Source of the DNA: an uncultured Gammaproteobacteria bacterium
GTDB taxonomy: Bacteria; Patescibacteriota; Patescibacteriia; Patescibacteriales; UBA12465
NCBI GenBank assembly: GCA_964483295.1
Contig: CAZAAD010000001.1
Coordinates: forward strand, 27,875-91,874
Direction of reading: 5' to 3'
DNA: 64,000 nt
In this document: piece by piece, positions 21,099 to 31,604 of the stretch
Layout of the letters: each line of letters begins with the position of its first letter
Numbering within the stretch: the stretch's first letter is position 1
The notes under the pieces: generated by a model
Told to the model about the DNA's origin: nothing
Seen by the model: the letters and a program-made list of their open reading frames with translations, nothing else
Databases searched by the model: none
Position numbers and translations under genes: made by a program

Positions 21099-22283
21099 CT
21101 ACTTAGAATTAATGGCTTCTCGATAAATCTTGAAGGTGCTATTAGCACACTCCCACCAATTGTATTTTTTGCTTTGCTGATAACCTTTTTCCTGTAGCTC
21201 AGAACGTAAATTAATATCATCTAAAATAAGTTCTATCTTGGAAATTATATCCTGCTTGTCTTGAGGGTTAAAATAAAGAGCGGCATCACCTAGAACCTCT
21301 GGTAAACTAGCGCGATCCGAACTTAAAACCGGACAACCCTTAGCCATTGCCTCTAAAGGCGGCAGACCGAAACCTTCATATAGTGACGGAAAAACATAGG
21401 CTCGCGCTTCTTGATACATAACCTCTAGCTGTGCATCCGGGACATAACCGGGAAACACTATCGGACTATTAATATTTCCTTTTTGCCACAAATTTAATTC
21501 ACGCGCTAAGTTATGCAAACGATTGTAAAAATAATCTTCCTTACCGACTAAAACCAACTTCAAATCAGGGCGTAAAGGATGTAAACGACTAAAAGCTTTA
21601 AGTAGAGTATCTAAATTTTTATGGGGATAAGCATTGCCGACATAAAGTAAAAATTTACTACCTAAGTGATATTGTTCCCGCATTTCCCTTGGGTCAAGCT
21701 TAGCAATAAATAAAGAATCGCGACCACGTGCTAAATTGGCCACGCCTTCGTATGTCACCTCTACCTTACCGGAGGCTTTTTTAAATTTATGCAAAATATC
21801 TTGTCTGGTAAATTCAGAAACAGCAATAATCCGGCGCGCTCTTCTAATCGCAACTCTCAAAACAAACCGATAGGCTAAATTTTTTAAAACATAAACCCAA
21901 CGACTCTTGGTTGTGGCGCGCACTGTCGGAAAGTGGGTTAAAATTAAATCGTGCAGAGTCATGACAAATTTAACTGGAGTTAAAATCGGAATATTAAAAT
22001 GAGGAAAGTGCATTAAATCCAAATTTTCCCGCCAAATATAAAAAGGCATGATAATTTGTTCCTGCCAAGAATACCAACCAATATTTAATTTTACTTTTTT
22101 AATATGCTTATTATCGGTCGGAAACTCATCGTAATTATCAGGCGATAAAAAAATAACAAAATCAAATGACCCTTCCCCTAAAGAGTCATTAATACGAACT
22201 ATATTATCAACCACTTCTTGTGTGTACCGGCCCAGGCCTTTACCGACCGGGCCATAGAAGCGGGCATCAATTCCTATTTTCAT
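21099..22283 (-). CDS. Glycosyltransferase family 4
   Basis: KIGIDAR, HKN, FPSLYEGFGLPPLEAM; start trimmed to MKIGID. Confidence 0.93.
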   Translation of the reverse strand: MKIGIDARFYGPVGKGLGRYTQEVVDNIVRINDSLGEGSFDFVIFLSPDNYDEFPTDNKHIKKVKLNIGWYSWQEQIIMPFYIWRENLDLMHFPHFNIPILTPVKFVMTLHDLILTHFPTVRATTKSRWVYVLKNLAYRFVLRVAIRRARRIIAVSEFTRQDILHKFKKASGKVEVTYEGVANLARGRDSLFIAKLDPREMREQYHLGSKFLLYVGNAYPHKNLDTLLKAFSRLHPLRPDLKLVLVGKEDYFYNRLHNLARELNLWQKGNINSPIVFPGYVPDAQLEVMYQEARAYVFPSLYEGFGLPPLEAMAKGCPVLSSDRASLPEVLGDAALYFNPQDKQDIISKIELILDDINLRSELQEKGYQQSKKYNWWECANSTFKIYREAINSK

Positions 22284-22290
22284 AAAACTT

Positions 22291-23730
22291 TTAAACAAAG
22301 GGCAGATTAGGTGGCGGAGTTGGCTCGCTATTAGATTTTTCTTCGTTCAATCTCTCCATGTTATTAACTATCGGTTCACCTGTAAAAATACCCGACTTAA
22401 ATAAATCTTCGGTTGGCACAGTTAAATCACTCGCCAGAGGTAAAGACGAAGGAGCATCAGCTTTTTTGCCCGGTGCCTTCTGAATCATTGAAGCTCTAAC
22501 ACTAGCTTCAACCGGAAAGTGCCACAGCGTAGCCAATTCTTCAATATTATAAATACCAGCCGGAATACCCATACCATCAGAACGGCCGACATAAGCCTGA
22601 AAAATATTATTCTTTTTTTGATTAGCACGAGATTCAACCCAAAAATAAACCGCCTTAGTCATTGTCTTTTTTACATCCGGCTTTAAGTTATTTAAATCCA
22701 AAGCGCCAAATTGCTTCATAAAACCAACAACGCCATTAGCTACTTTAGCTTTATTCATGACATCTTTTTTAGCCACATAAACAACTCGGATTTTTGCCTC
22801 AAAAGATAGTTTGGATAATTTTTCATGAACGCCCTCAATCTTCCTTTTTTCTACCGGACTCAAATCCATCATCGTCTTAGCTTTCTCTTCTTTAGGCTTA
22901 TCTTCGACCTCGCCCCAAATAGGATAAATAAATTCACTGATATTACCTAAAGCTTCCACGCCCTGCATAGCCAATCCTTTTTTCGCTTTCGGCTTTCTGC
23001 CTAAAATTTTATTTATTTCTTTTTCCGAATCCTTAAGCCAATCAAAACCAATAGGAGTAATGATGTATTGAATCCAAAGCTGCTCGCCCTGGCGCAAGGA
23101 ACCACACAAATCCATAAGAGAGGCCATTGGATCCTTAAACTGCATTTCACTTGGTCCCATCTGATGCTCAAACTCCTGATAACGCTTAATCGGATAAACC
23201 CAAGGAGCGGCCTGAGTAAATTCTGTCCCCCAAACATCATACTCTTCATCAGGATAGTGCTGAGGCACATTCTGCGTATAATCTTCGACCTCAGAAATTT
23301 CGGCATCCGGATACTGGGAATAAACTGATGATTCGATTAAATTACGAAATTCTTTCGGCGTCCAAATTAAAAATTGCGTATAGCCTTCAAGACTGACAAT
23401 TTCATAACTGAAACTTTTTTGAAATTTACCCTCAAACCACTTTTCAAAAAAATTAATCGAACCATGAGCCCCGGCTAAGTAAGTAAACATATTCTCAACT
23501 GCCTTGGGCGACTGCTCATTACCCCTAGGAATATCAATCGCTAATAGAACGGTTTTGTGCGTGGCTGCCCATTTGCCAGCAATCCAAAAAAGGTAAAGCT
23601 GTAATGTCCCCCAAATAAAAACAATGCCAATAATTATCCAGCCTAAATTACCCCAAAAGACCCAGAACATCTGTTCCGGGGGTAAATTAAAAAATCTATC
23701 TAGGCCAGTCGTGTTAATAGTTATTTCCAT
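22291..23730 (-). CDS. Conserved-looking hypothetical membrane protein
   Basis: 479 aa, N-terminal TM; SYEI, YSQYPDAEI.EVEDY, EELATLWHFP, PPPNLP resemble domains seen next to secretion-type ATPases in CPR (recollection, not searched). Confidence 0.6.
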   Translation of the reverse strand: MEITINTTGLDRFFNLPPEQMFWVFWGNLGWIIIGIVFIWGTLQLYLFWIAGKWAATHKTVLLAIDIPRGNEQSPKAVENMFTYLAGAHGSINFFEKWFEGKFQKSFSYEIVSLEGYTQFLIWTPKEFRNLIESSVYSQYPDAEISEVEDYTQNVPQHYPDEEYDVWGTEFTQAAPWVYPIKRYQEFEHQMGPSEMQFKDPMASLMDLCGSLRQGEQLWIQYIITPIGFDWLKDSEKEINKILGRKPKAKKGLAMQGVEALGNISEFIYPIWGEVEDKPKEEKAKTMMDLSPVEKRKIEGVHEKLSKLSFEAKIRVVYVAKKDVMNKAKVANGVVGFMKQFGALDLNNLKPDVKKTMTKAVYFWVESRANQKKNNIFQAYVGRSDGMGIPAGIYNIEELATLWHFPVEASVRASMIQKAPGKKADAPSSLPLASDLTVPTEDLFKSGIFTGEPIVNNMERLNEEKSNSEPTPPPNLPFV

Positions 23731-23800
23731 ACTTAATGCCTATTTTCTTATTCAAATTTTACCATATCTTAAGAAAAAAAGAAAACGATTTTAAGCACCA

Positions 23801-23833
23801 AAAAACCTGTCCGCGCTTACAAGGACAGGTCTT
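23801..23833 (-). terminator. Intrinsic terminator
   Basis: acctgtcc...ggacaggt stem flanked by A/T tracts. Confidence 0.7.
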
Positions 23834-23879
23834 TATCTAAGCGGCTAAAATAGCCGTTAAAATCTAATGATTAGGGGGA

Positions 23880-24911
23880 TTATTTCCAATCTTTTAAGCC
23901 ATAGGTACCACGGCTTATAAGGACGTAACGCTCATCAAGAATCAATTCGTTATGAACAGTAGCCGCATTGGCTTTTTTCTTATCGAATTTCATCTCATTA
24001 ATCTTATCAGCGATAGAAGTAAAGTGCATGGGCTTACCTTCGTGCTTCAAAACTAAATAGATCTTATCATTAACTGTTTTTGGCTTTATTTCCTGCCAAT
24101 TGGCGATTCCCCATTCACCGTATTTATTTTGCTCGAGGTTCTTAACCGCTTGCATAAGTGAATAAAGGATTTTATTACTATTGATTGTTGCCGCCTTATC
24201 GGGGAAAGTCTGGCTTTTGAAAACAGTTTCTATATCCAAGCTGCCAGCTTGCATTTTTTCTTGGTGCTTAATATAAGTTTCCAGCTGCTTAAGAAGTTCA
24301 ATTAAATCCTCGGTCTTCATGGTTTTTTTCAAACCCTCAACCTTCTCTAAGAGACTATCAGCTAATTCTTCTAAATGGGAAATCTCTCCAGATTTAAGTT
24401 TGAAAGAAGGGGTAAATTTATCATTACCACTAACTAATTCTAACTCTTCACCCATTAATTTGGAAATTAAAAAATTGAAGTGATTACGGTAAGAAGAGCG
24501 CAAGGCTTCATCTCCAGCCTGACCAGAATTTTCTGTATTTAACTCTAAAGCGATCACTGTCAAAATATCTAACAAATAGTCTCGTCTAATCAAGCCACCG
24601 TGCTCCTCTAAAAGATGATAAACGGTTCCTTTAAGACCACTAATATATTGCTCTAAAGTCTCTAATTTTTTTATTTTGCGAATGCTGGCTGCCTCAATCT
24701 GTCTAACTCTTTCTCTGGTTAATTTATGCAGACCGCCAATTTTCTCCAAGGTTTCGCCTTTGCCACCTTTTAAGCCAAAACGACGAACTAAAATATCCTT
24801 CTCTCTATCCATTAATTCAGAAAAAAGATCAGTAGAAATCTTAATAGCATCGAGACGAGACATTTCCTCGGTTTTTTGTTCTTTGATGATTGTTTCCAAG
24901 ATGTTTTCCAT
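23880..24911 (-). CDS. Sigma70 region-4-like HTH protein with a C-terminal winged helix (HARE-HTH/RpoE-delta-like)
   Basis: RRFGL...TLEKIG...LTRERVRQIE; GKPMHFT.I...TVHNELI...RGTYGL; no sigma region 2; start trimmed to MENILE. Confidence 0.8.
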   Translation of the reverse strand: MENILETIIKEQKTEEMSRLDAIKISTDLFSELMDREKDILVRRFGLKGGKGETLEKIGGLHKLTRERVRQIEAASIRKIKKLETLEQYISGLKGTVYHLLEEHGGLIRRDYLLDILTVIALELNTENSGQAGDEALRSSYRNHFNFLISKLMGEELELVSGNDKFTPSFKLKSGEISHLEELADSLLEKVEGLKKTMKTEDLIELLKQLETYIKHQEKMQAGSLDIETVFKSQTFPDKAATINSNKILYSLMQAVKNLEQNKYGEWGIANWQEIKPKTVNDKIYLVLKHEGKPMHFTSIADKINEMKFDKKKANAATVHNELILDERYVLISRGTYGLKDWK

Positions 24912-24995
24912 ATAAAAAAATAAGCTCTTACTAAACTGGTTAAACATTCGCTCTAATTCAAGCTTTTTTTATTCTATCACAATATTTTATATTAG

Positions 24996-25952
24996 TCAAT
25001 ACTTAAGCTGCTTTCTGAGCCAACTGTAATTTTTTAAGTTAAATTGCTCTAATATAAGAGAAAAAAATAACATAAAGAGAACATTCTTGACCACCAAAAG
25101 CCGACTTATCATGGTTTCCCTTTGACAATGCTTCATAAAAATAAGGTGTTGATTTCTGAAGGACCAGCTCCTAACCTGCCGACTCATCAATCGCCTATTC
25201 TTTAAAAAAGCACCAATTCCTTGTCCATAAAAGGCAACAGTTCTATCATGGAAAACTTGTGCGTTAACCACTAATTTTGACTTAAATCCGGCTAATTTTA
25301 AACGATAAGCTAAGTCGCAATCCTCTTTATACATAAAAAAACGACTATCAAAATAACCAAACTTATCTTTGATTTTCTTCAAGGCACTTAAACGATAAAG
25401 ACCAGCCGCCCCAGATGGTCCCAAAATAACCGCTTTGTCATATTGACCAGCATCAACCTCGCCCTGTCCCAGGTCACCAAACTTAAGACCAGGACGTAAA
25501 ACAATACCACAGGAATCAATTTGCTGAGTTTTCTGATTACTCGCAAAGTCCCAACGTAATATTTTAGGTGCAACCGAGCCCAATTGCTTATCGCCCTCCA
25601 AATTAACCAATAACTGGCGAATAGAGCCTGACTCCAAGACTAAATCAGGGTTTATCACCAGAAAATACTCTGCCCCTTTTTTACTAGCTTCGGAGATTAA
25701 ATAATTATAAGCGCGGCTAAAACCAATATTTTCACCCTGAGTAATATACTCAATTCGTCCTCCCTGGCGATGATTAAACACTTCTAGCGCCAAGCGGTTG
25801 TGATTATAGTCTGGGTCACTATTATCAAAAGCTAAAACAGCTATTTCCGACTTATCTAAAAATGCCAGGGCCTCTTGCAGGCTCGGCAGGAAAAAATCTA
25901 AATATTTTGCACTACTATCATTATAAGTAATAAAACCAACTACTAGTTTCAT
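24996..25952 (-). CDS. Glycosyltransferase family 2
   Basis: ENIGFSRAYN, INPD, FFMYKEDCDLAYR. Confidence 0.9.
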   Translation of the reverse strand: MKLVVGFITYNDSSAKYLDFFLPSLQEALAFLDKSEIAVLAFDNSDPDYNHNRLALEVFNHRQGGRIEYITQGENIGFSRAYNYLISEASKKGAEYFLVINPDLVLESGSIRQLLVNLEGDKQLGSVAPKILRWDFASNQKTQQIDSCGIVLRPGLKFGDLGQGEVDAGQYDKAVILGPSGAAGLYRLSALKKIKDKFGYFDSRFFMYKEDCDLAYRLKLAGFKSKLVVNAQVFHDRTVAFYGQGIGAFLKNRRLMSRQVRSWSFRNQHLIFMKHCQRETMISRLLVVKNVLFMLFFSLILEQFNLKNYSWLRKQLKY

Positions 25953-25953
25953 A

Positions 25954-25982
25954 TTGACAAAAATGAATTATTATAATAACAT
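25954..25982 (+). promoter_or_regulatory. Sigma70 promoter TTGACA-N17-TAACAT
   Basis: Directly upstream of ATG 26014; the ORF track's TTG 'start' is the -35 box. Confidence 0.65.
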
Positions 25983-26013
25983 AGCTCCATACTTTCTTTT
26001 AAAACTTAATATC

Positions 26014-26283
26014 ATGAACAAAGATTCCTCTCATCAATCAGCTGATGTTATCGCCGACGAAGTACGCAATCACCTACACCAAAAGGGGTTAGCCAGCATG
26101 GCAGAAACCAATCAACGCATCGTTAACTTTCTTGAAAACGAGAAAAAGTTAACACGAGTTGAAGTTAATCATCGCGAATGGGGCAATGAGGGCCGCTTTT
26201 ACCTGGCCTTTAGTTTCGATAACAATATCATCGAACATGCTATCATAAATCGAAGCGTAACAAAACAGCTGGTTACAGTCTAA
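26014..26283 (+). CDS. Hypothetical protein (orphan, ~89 aa)
   Basis: Lone plus-strand ORF between the GT2 gene and rfbA, with its own promoter and terminator. Confidence 0.65.
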   Translation: MNKDSSHQSADVIADEVRNHLHQKGLASMAETNQRIVNFLENEKKLTRVEVNHREWGNEGRFYLAFSFDNNIIEHAIINRSVTKQLVTV

Positions 26284-26299
26284 AAAATGATTGAAAACT

Positions 26300-26331
26300 G
26301 CAGGACCAAACTCTCTGGTCCTGCTTTTTTT
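26300..26331 (+). terminator. Intrinsic terminator, possibly bidirectional
   Basis: gcaggacca-N7-tggtcctgc-ttttttt. Confidence 0.85.
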
Positions 26332-26340
26332 ATAAAAAAA

Positions 26341-27066
26341 TTAAATTAACATTTTGCTATCTAATTTTTCCTTAGCGAAATTCTGCGCCTTAAGTAAACT
26401 TTCAAAAGTGCCGGCATCTAACCACTCCCCCACAACCATCGCTACTGATAACTCACCTTGTTCTAAATACCAATTATTAACATCAGTTATTTCCAATTCG
26501 CCACGCGCACTTGGTTTCATATTTTTAGCAACTTGCACCACGCGCTTATCGTAAACATATAAACCAGTAACTGCGTGATTACTGAGAAACTCCTGCGGCT
26601 TTTCTATAATTTTCTCTGCCTTCATATTAGTATCAAACTTCACCACACCAAAACGCTCTGGATCAGGAACTTGTTTAGCGAAGATTTTGGCGCCACCTTT
26701 AAAATTACGAATTTCTTCAGAAAAATCATCTTCAAAAATATTATCACCCAAAATCATAGCAACATCCTCTTGATCAATAAAATTCTCACCAATAATAAAG
26801 GCTTGGGCTAAACCTTCTGGCTTATCTTGAATTTCGTAAGTAAATTTAACACCAAATTCTTTACCAGAACCAAGTAAATTTAAATAGTCCCCCGCTCTTT
26901 CAGGAGCAACAATAATAAGGATTTCTTTAATTCCCGCTTTAATTAAAGTATTAAGCGGATAATAAATCATCGGCCGATTATAAATTGGCAGCAGTTGTTT
27001 GCTAGTAATTTTGGTTAGCGGGCGCAATCTAGTGCCACTACCACCGGATAAAATTATTCCTCTCAT
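26341..27066 (-). CDS. rfbA: Glucose-1-phosphate thymidylyltransferase (short form)
   Basis: GGSGTRLRPLT, KQLLP, LGDN, EKP, SARGELEITD, WLDAGT. Confidence 0.93.
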   Translation of the reverse strand: MRGIILSGGSGTRLRPLTKITSKQLLPIYNRPMIYYPLNTLIKAGIKEILIIVAPERAGDYLNLLGSGKEFGVKFTYEIQDKPEGLAQAFIIGENFIDQEDVAMILGDNIFEDDFSEEIRNFKGGAKIFAKQVPDPERFGVVKFDTNMKAEKIIEKPQEFLSNHAVTGLYVYDKRVVQVAKNMKPSARGELEITDVNNWYLEQGELSVAMVVGEWLDAGTFESLLKAQNFAKEKLDSKMLI

Positions 27067-27923
27067 AGACTTCTTAAATATTCTCTCAGCGCCTCTTGAT
27101 AGGGACGCATCTTCTTTAGTTTATTATTTTTCAAAACAGAAAACTTGGGACGCCGAGCGGCTCTCGCTAAATTTTCACTTCTAATCGCTCGAATGGTAAT
27201 ATCTTTTTTAGCTAACTGAAATAACTCACGAGCGCCATCATACCAAGTCACCGCCCCTTCGTTGACTAAATGATAAACACCTTCAGCAGGACGAGCAACT
27301 ATCAATCTAGCACTAGCAGCAGCCAAATCTGGGGTATAAGTAAAACAGCTAAGCTCTTCATTGACCACTGTGACCTCATTTTTTTCAGCTGACAATTTCA
27401 GCATGATATCAAAAAAACTAGGTTTAGCTTCTGGGCTCTCACCCTTGGGTCCAAACAACTTAGAAGTGCGGATAATATAATAACGCAAACCTCTAGCGAC
27501 GCGACGTTGAATTTCTACTTCACCTAAAAATTTACTCTCACCATATTTATTAACTGGATTAGGTGTATCGTCTTCAAAAAATTCCCGTTTAGTTTCTAAA
27601 CCGCTAAAAACATAGTCGGTAGAATAATGAACCAATACCGCATCTAGCTCTAAAGCTAAATCAGCTAAACGTCCCGGTAAATCACGATTAAGTGCTAAAG
27701 CTGTCTGATAACCATCTTTATCCTCACACTTATCAACAGCATTAAAAGCAACGCAATTAATTATTACCTCAGGCAAAACTTCAGTTACAGCTTGTCTTAA
27801 CGCACTCTGATCAAGGACGTCAAAATTATTACGATCAAAAGAAAATACCTGGTGGTCCAGGGATAATTCTTCTGACAACTGGGAACCTAGATTCCCTTTT
27901 CCGCCTAAGATGACTATCTTCAT
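27063..27923 (-). CDS. rfbD: dTDP-4-dehydrorhamnose reductase
   Basis: GGKGNLG, STDYVF, YGESK, RP.FS.L. Confidence 0.92.
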   Translation of the reverse strand: MKIVILGGKGNLGSQLSEELSLDHQVFSFDRNNFDVLDQSALRQAVTEVLPEVIINCVAFNAVDKCEDKDGYQTALALNRDLPGRLADLALELDAVLVHYSTDYVFSGLETKREFFEDDTPNPVNKYGESKFLGEVEIQRRVARGLRYYIIRTSKLFGPKGESPEAKPSFFDIMLKLSAEKNEVTVVNEELSCFTYTPDLAAASARLIVARPAEGVYHLVNEGAVTWYDGARELFQLAKKDITIRAIRSENLARAARRPKFSVLKNNKLKKMRPYQEALREYLRSL

Positions 27924-27936
27924 AATCTATTTATTC

Positions 27937-29217
27937 TTACCAATTAAAGCCTTGGCGCACCAGTAATTCACTAGCTCTTTCTGGCTCAGCCATTAATTCT
28001 TTAACTATTTTTTCCATCCGAGCGCCTTGCGAACCCTTTATCAATAAAACATCGCCCTCTTTAATTCTATTTTGCAAAAACCGTCCCGCCTCTAAAGGTT
28101 TATCAAAATAAAAAATTTGTTCATCTTCCATGCCAGCATCCTTAGCGCCCCGAATAAAATCACGCGCTCTCTCGCCGACGGCCACTAAAATATTAACACC
28201 GCTATCGTACACAGCGCGACCGACTTGACGATGTCCCTCTTCGGTATAAGCGCCAATTTCTAACATATCACCCATAACCGCATACTTCTGAGCCGAAGAA
28301 TCTATACTCACTTTAGACAATATATTAATAGCTGACAAGGCGGCCTCAGGGGAAGAATTATAAGTATCATCAATCAGAAAAGAATGCTTAATGCCGGGAA
28401 GTGGGTTCATCCGGCCGTGCGGAGGAATAAAATCAGATAAAGCGGCTGCAATATCAACTAAATTAAGCCCCTCTTCTAAGCCAACCGCTGCTGCCGCTAA
28501 GGCCGCATACACCGCTGGTTCAGACATTACATTCTTCATAAACACTGGAACAATCGCCCCTTTGTAGTTCAATTTAAAATGTATACCGGAAAGTTCATAG
28601 TGGCCACGAACAAAATTATAAGTAATATCCTGAGCCCTTAAATCAGCCTCGGTCTTAATACCATAGCTCAGTATTTTTGCTTTACTCACAGCAGGCATTT
28701 CCTGCACTGGACTACTATCATAATTTAAAATGGCTAGTCCATTATTATTAAGACTTTCAACTAAGCGCTGTTTTTCTTTTTTAATATTGTTCAGGCTGCC
28801 AAAATATTCTAAATGCGAAAAGCTAACAGCCGTCACTACTGCGACTTGCGGCTTGGCAATAGATACCAAATAATCCATATCACCAGGACGGTCAACGCCC
28901 ATCTCTAAAACTAAAATACGAGGATAATTCTTGTCCCGCCAGATTAGCAAACGAATTACCTTGAAAAATATAGTAAACCAACCTAATAAATTCTTGCCTG
29001 GCGACTCAGAGCCAATAATCACTAGCGGCAAACCAATTTCATTATTGTAATTTTTAAAACTAGTCCTGACCGAGAACTTCTTGGACAGGACGTGAAAAAT
29101 CGCTTCTTTAGCGGTTGTCTTACCGATAGAACCGGTAATTCCGATTACTTTCGGCTGATATTTTCTTAAAATTAATCGAGAAAATATTTTAAGTTTTAAT
29201 TGTAATATTTTTTTCAT
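27937..29217 (-). CDS. murF: UDP-MurNAc-tripeptide D-Ala-D-Ala ligase (N-terminal domain reduced)
   Basis: GITGSIGKTTAKE, NNEIGLP, LEMG, DDTYNSSP, GDMLEIG, IKGS. Confidence 0.9.
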   Translation of the reverse strand: MKKILQLKLKIFSRLILRKYQPKVIGITGSIGKTTAKEAIFHVLSKKFSVRTSFKNYNNEIGLPLVIIGSESPGKNLLGWFTIFFKVIRLLIWRDKNYPRILVLEMGVDRPGDMDYLVSIAKPQVAVVTAVSFSHLEYFGSLNNIKKEKQRLVESLNNNGLAILNYDSSPVQEMPAVSKAKILSYGIKTEADLRAQDITYNFVRGHYELSGIHFKLNYKGAIVPVFMKNVMSEPAVYAALAAAAVGLEEGLNLVDIAAALSDFIPPHGRMNPLPGIKHSFLIDDTYNSSPEAALSAINILSKVSIDSSAQKYAVMGDMLEIGAYTEEGHRQVGRAVYDSGVNILVAVGERARDFIRGAKDAGMEDEQIFYFDKPLEAGRFLQNRIKEGDVLLIKGSQGARMEKIVKELMAEPERASELLVRQGFNW

Positions 29218-29221
29218 ATTA

Positions 29222-31183
29222 CTATTTCCTAGATTTAGGAACAGCGTAATAATTTAAAATAAATTCAGCAATATCGCGCCAAAGCGGTACGGCTGAGCCT
29301 TCGGCATACTGCACTCCGTGCGGCTTATCAATCTTAACAAGCATAACAAAGGCGGGATTTTCAATCGGTGCGATACCAATAAAGGTATGGACATACTGAT
29401 CAGCAATATAACCACCAACAGTCGCAATCTGCGCCGTCCCTGTCTTGCCACCAATGTAATAACCCTCAATGGCCGCTTTTTTAGAATGACCTTTCTCAAC
29501 TACATTAACTAACATGGCGGAAACAGTGGCTGCCGTTTTTTCGGAAATGATTTGGCCAGAAGACTTGGCGGTAATTTCCTCTCTTTTACCATTAGGATGC
29601 ATAATGGCTTCGATAATATGAGGCTGCATCATTAAGCCCTTATTAGCAATCGCTTGATAAGGCATAATCATTTGCAGAGGCGTGACGGCAATACCTTGAC
29701 CAAAAGAAGCGGTCGCCGCATCAATTGGCCTAACTTTATTTTTTAATAGGTTGTTAATATTCCCCGGGCTTTCGGCACCGAGCTCAATTCCAGTCCTTTC
29801 GCCAAAACCAAACTTCTTGACGTATTCAGAAAAAATCTTCGGGCCAACCTTATTCATCACAAAGATGGCACCAGTGTTTAAAGAATTATCCAAAACAGAG
29901 CTCATGTCAACTACGCCATGCGCACCTTTAGTAGAAAAATCCGAATTGCTAATCGGCTTAGCCCAGCCCTCAATCATAATCTGGCCCTTATCTTCATAGG
30001 TGGTAGTGGGCGAAACCTTGCCCTGATCAATGCCAATTGCCATGGTAACTGTCTTAAAAACTGAGCCCGGTTCATACTGATATAAAATTGCCGGATTATT
30101 ATAAAAAGAAATATCCTTAACATTGCGATAATCATTAGGGTCAAAATCAGGCACAGAACACATAGCAACAATCTCACCAGTTTTCGGAGCCATCACAATC
30201 ACTGTCCCGCCCTCAGCCTTATGCTTAGCCACTGCTTGTTTTAATTTATCGCAAGCCGCAAATTGGATATTACGATCAATAGTCAAGATAAAATCACTTC
30301 CCGGTTCCGGCTTAACATACTCACGCTCATTCACAATCATCACATTAGACTGTCCCCCTTTTTCTGACTTTAAGGAACCATACTGCCCAAATAATTCAGC
30401 ATCAAAAAATTCCTCCAAACCATAACGACCATGTCCTTCGCCATCAACCTGAGCCACAAACCCAGCTAAATGCGCGCCAATTTCTTTTTCCGGATAGTAA
30501 CGATAAGATTGGGAATTAAAACCCAAACCAGGAACAACAAACTCCTTTTCCTGATCGTTCTTATAAACGATGTTGCCAAATTTAATTTCCAATTCATCTG
30601 AGGATGCTAAAACCGGCGCCGTAGCCGAAGAATAGTCAGTACTAGATAAAAAAGAATACAGTTTAATTAAATCTTCGCCTGCCAATTTACTAACCAGCGG
30701 TTCATAAGGATCACCGGGCTTATTAAGCTTCTTCATATACCCGGAAATTATTTCTTCTTTCGTAGAAGTAGCGATTACAATATCTGTTCCCGAAGCAGAC
30801 TGTTCTTCTAATTCAGCTAATAATTTTGGCTCATCAAAAAATTTATATAGCTTTTCCGCCATAATTTGCGGCTGGGCAATATCTTTGGGCACCACAAACA
30901 CCTCGGCAAATTCTTTATTAGTGGCGAGTGGGTACAACTTTTCCTGACCAGCTATTTCTTCCCGCAAATAAATTTTTCCTCTTTCTGGCTGCAGTTTGCT
31001 ATAAACTTGATGCTGAGAAGCAGCCATAGCTGTGTATAAATCAAACTGACGGATTTGAATACTATAAAGCTTGTAAACCAGAGAGCCGATTAATAAAAAA
31101 ATAACCGCTATGACAAGACGCAAGCGATTATTGTTCACTTTGCCGCCAGCGGCCTGATTTTTATCTTTAGCATTTCGCCACAT
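29222..31183 (-). CDS. ftsI: Class B penicillin-binding protein (FtsI-like)
   Basis: TM + RG.I; EPGSVFK (SxxK), SLN (SxN), GKTGTAQ; position in the dcw cluster. Confidence 0.9.
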   Translation of the reverse strand: MWRNAKDKNQAAGGKVNNNRLRLVIAVIFLLIGSLVYKLYSIQIRQFDLYTAMAASQHQVYSKLQPERGKIYLREEIAGQEKLYPLATNKEFAEVFVVPKDIAQPQIMAEKLYKFFDEPKLLAELEEQSASGTDIVIATSTKEEIISGYMKKLNKPGDPYEPLVSKLAGEDLIKLYSFLSSTDYSSATAPVLASSDELEIKFGNIVYKNDQEKEFVVPGLGFNSQSYRYYPEKEIGAHLAGFVAQVDGEGHGRYGLEEFFDAELFGQYGSLKSEKGGQSNVMIVNEREYVKPEPGSDFILTIDRNIQFAACDKLKQAVAKHKAEGGTVIVMAPKTGEIVAMCSVPDFDPNDYRNVKDISFYNNPAILYQYEPGSVFKTVTMAIGIDQGKVSPTTTYEDKGQIMIEGWAKPISNSDFSTKGAHGVVDMSSVLDNSLNTGAIFVMNKVGPKIFSEYVKKFGFGERTGIELGAESPGNINNLLKNKVRPIDAATASFGQGIAVTPLQMIMPYQAIANKGLMMQPHIIEAIMHPNGKREEITAKSSGQIISEKTAATVSAMLVNVVEKGHSKKAAIEGYYIGGKTGTAQIATVGGYIADQYVHTFIGIAPIENPAFVMLVKIDKPHGVQYAEGSAVPLWRDIAEFILNYYAVPKSRK

Positions 31184-31221
31184 AAATAGGATAAGGGGGC
31201 GCTTCGGCTGATCATTAACTA

Positions 31222-31563
31222 CTATCTTTTAGCGACCGCGCGATTATTTTCTTGAATATATTCAATATCGCTAATCGCGACCATATTCAAGGATTTTACT
31301 CTTTCACTCAAAACATAATAAGACTGCAAGGCATCAATTTTTTGCTCTTGAGCAAGTTTTTCCTCGGCTAACCGAGCAGATTCCTGCCTTAATTCCTGAA
31401 GAGCAAAACCTTTAACCGTTAAATCACTGACACATAATAAATAAGCAAAGCCCAAACCGGCCACGACAACAAACAGACAGACATTAAAAATTCCCAAAGA
31501 CACCAATCGTTTTACCGGCTTGGTGCGCAGACGTTCATTGTAACAATTAACAATCTTGGTCAT
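31222..31563 (-). CDS. ftsL: FtsL-like cell division protein
   Basis: TM + coiled coil between rsmH and ftsI. Confidence 0.65.
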   Translation of the reverse strand: MTKIVNCYNERLRTKPVKRLVSLGIFNVCLFVVVAGLGFAYLLCVSDLTVKGFALQELRQESARLAEEKLAQEQKIDALQSYYVLSERVKSLNMVAISDIEYIQENNRAVAKR

Positions 31564-31604
31564 AAAATGGAAATTTTAGGCTATATAATTTAAAAATTAT
31601 CTCT

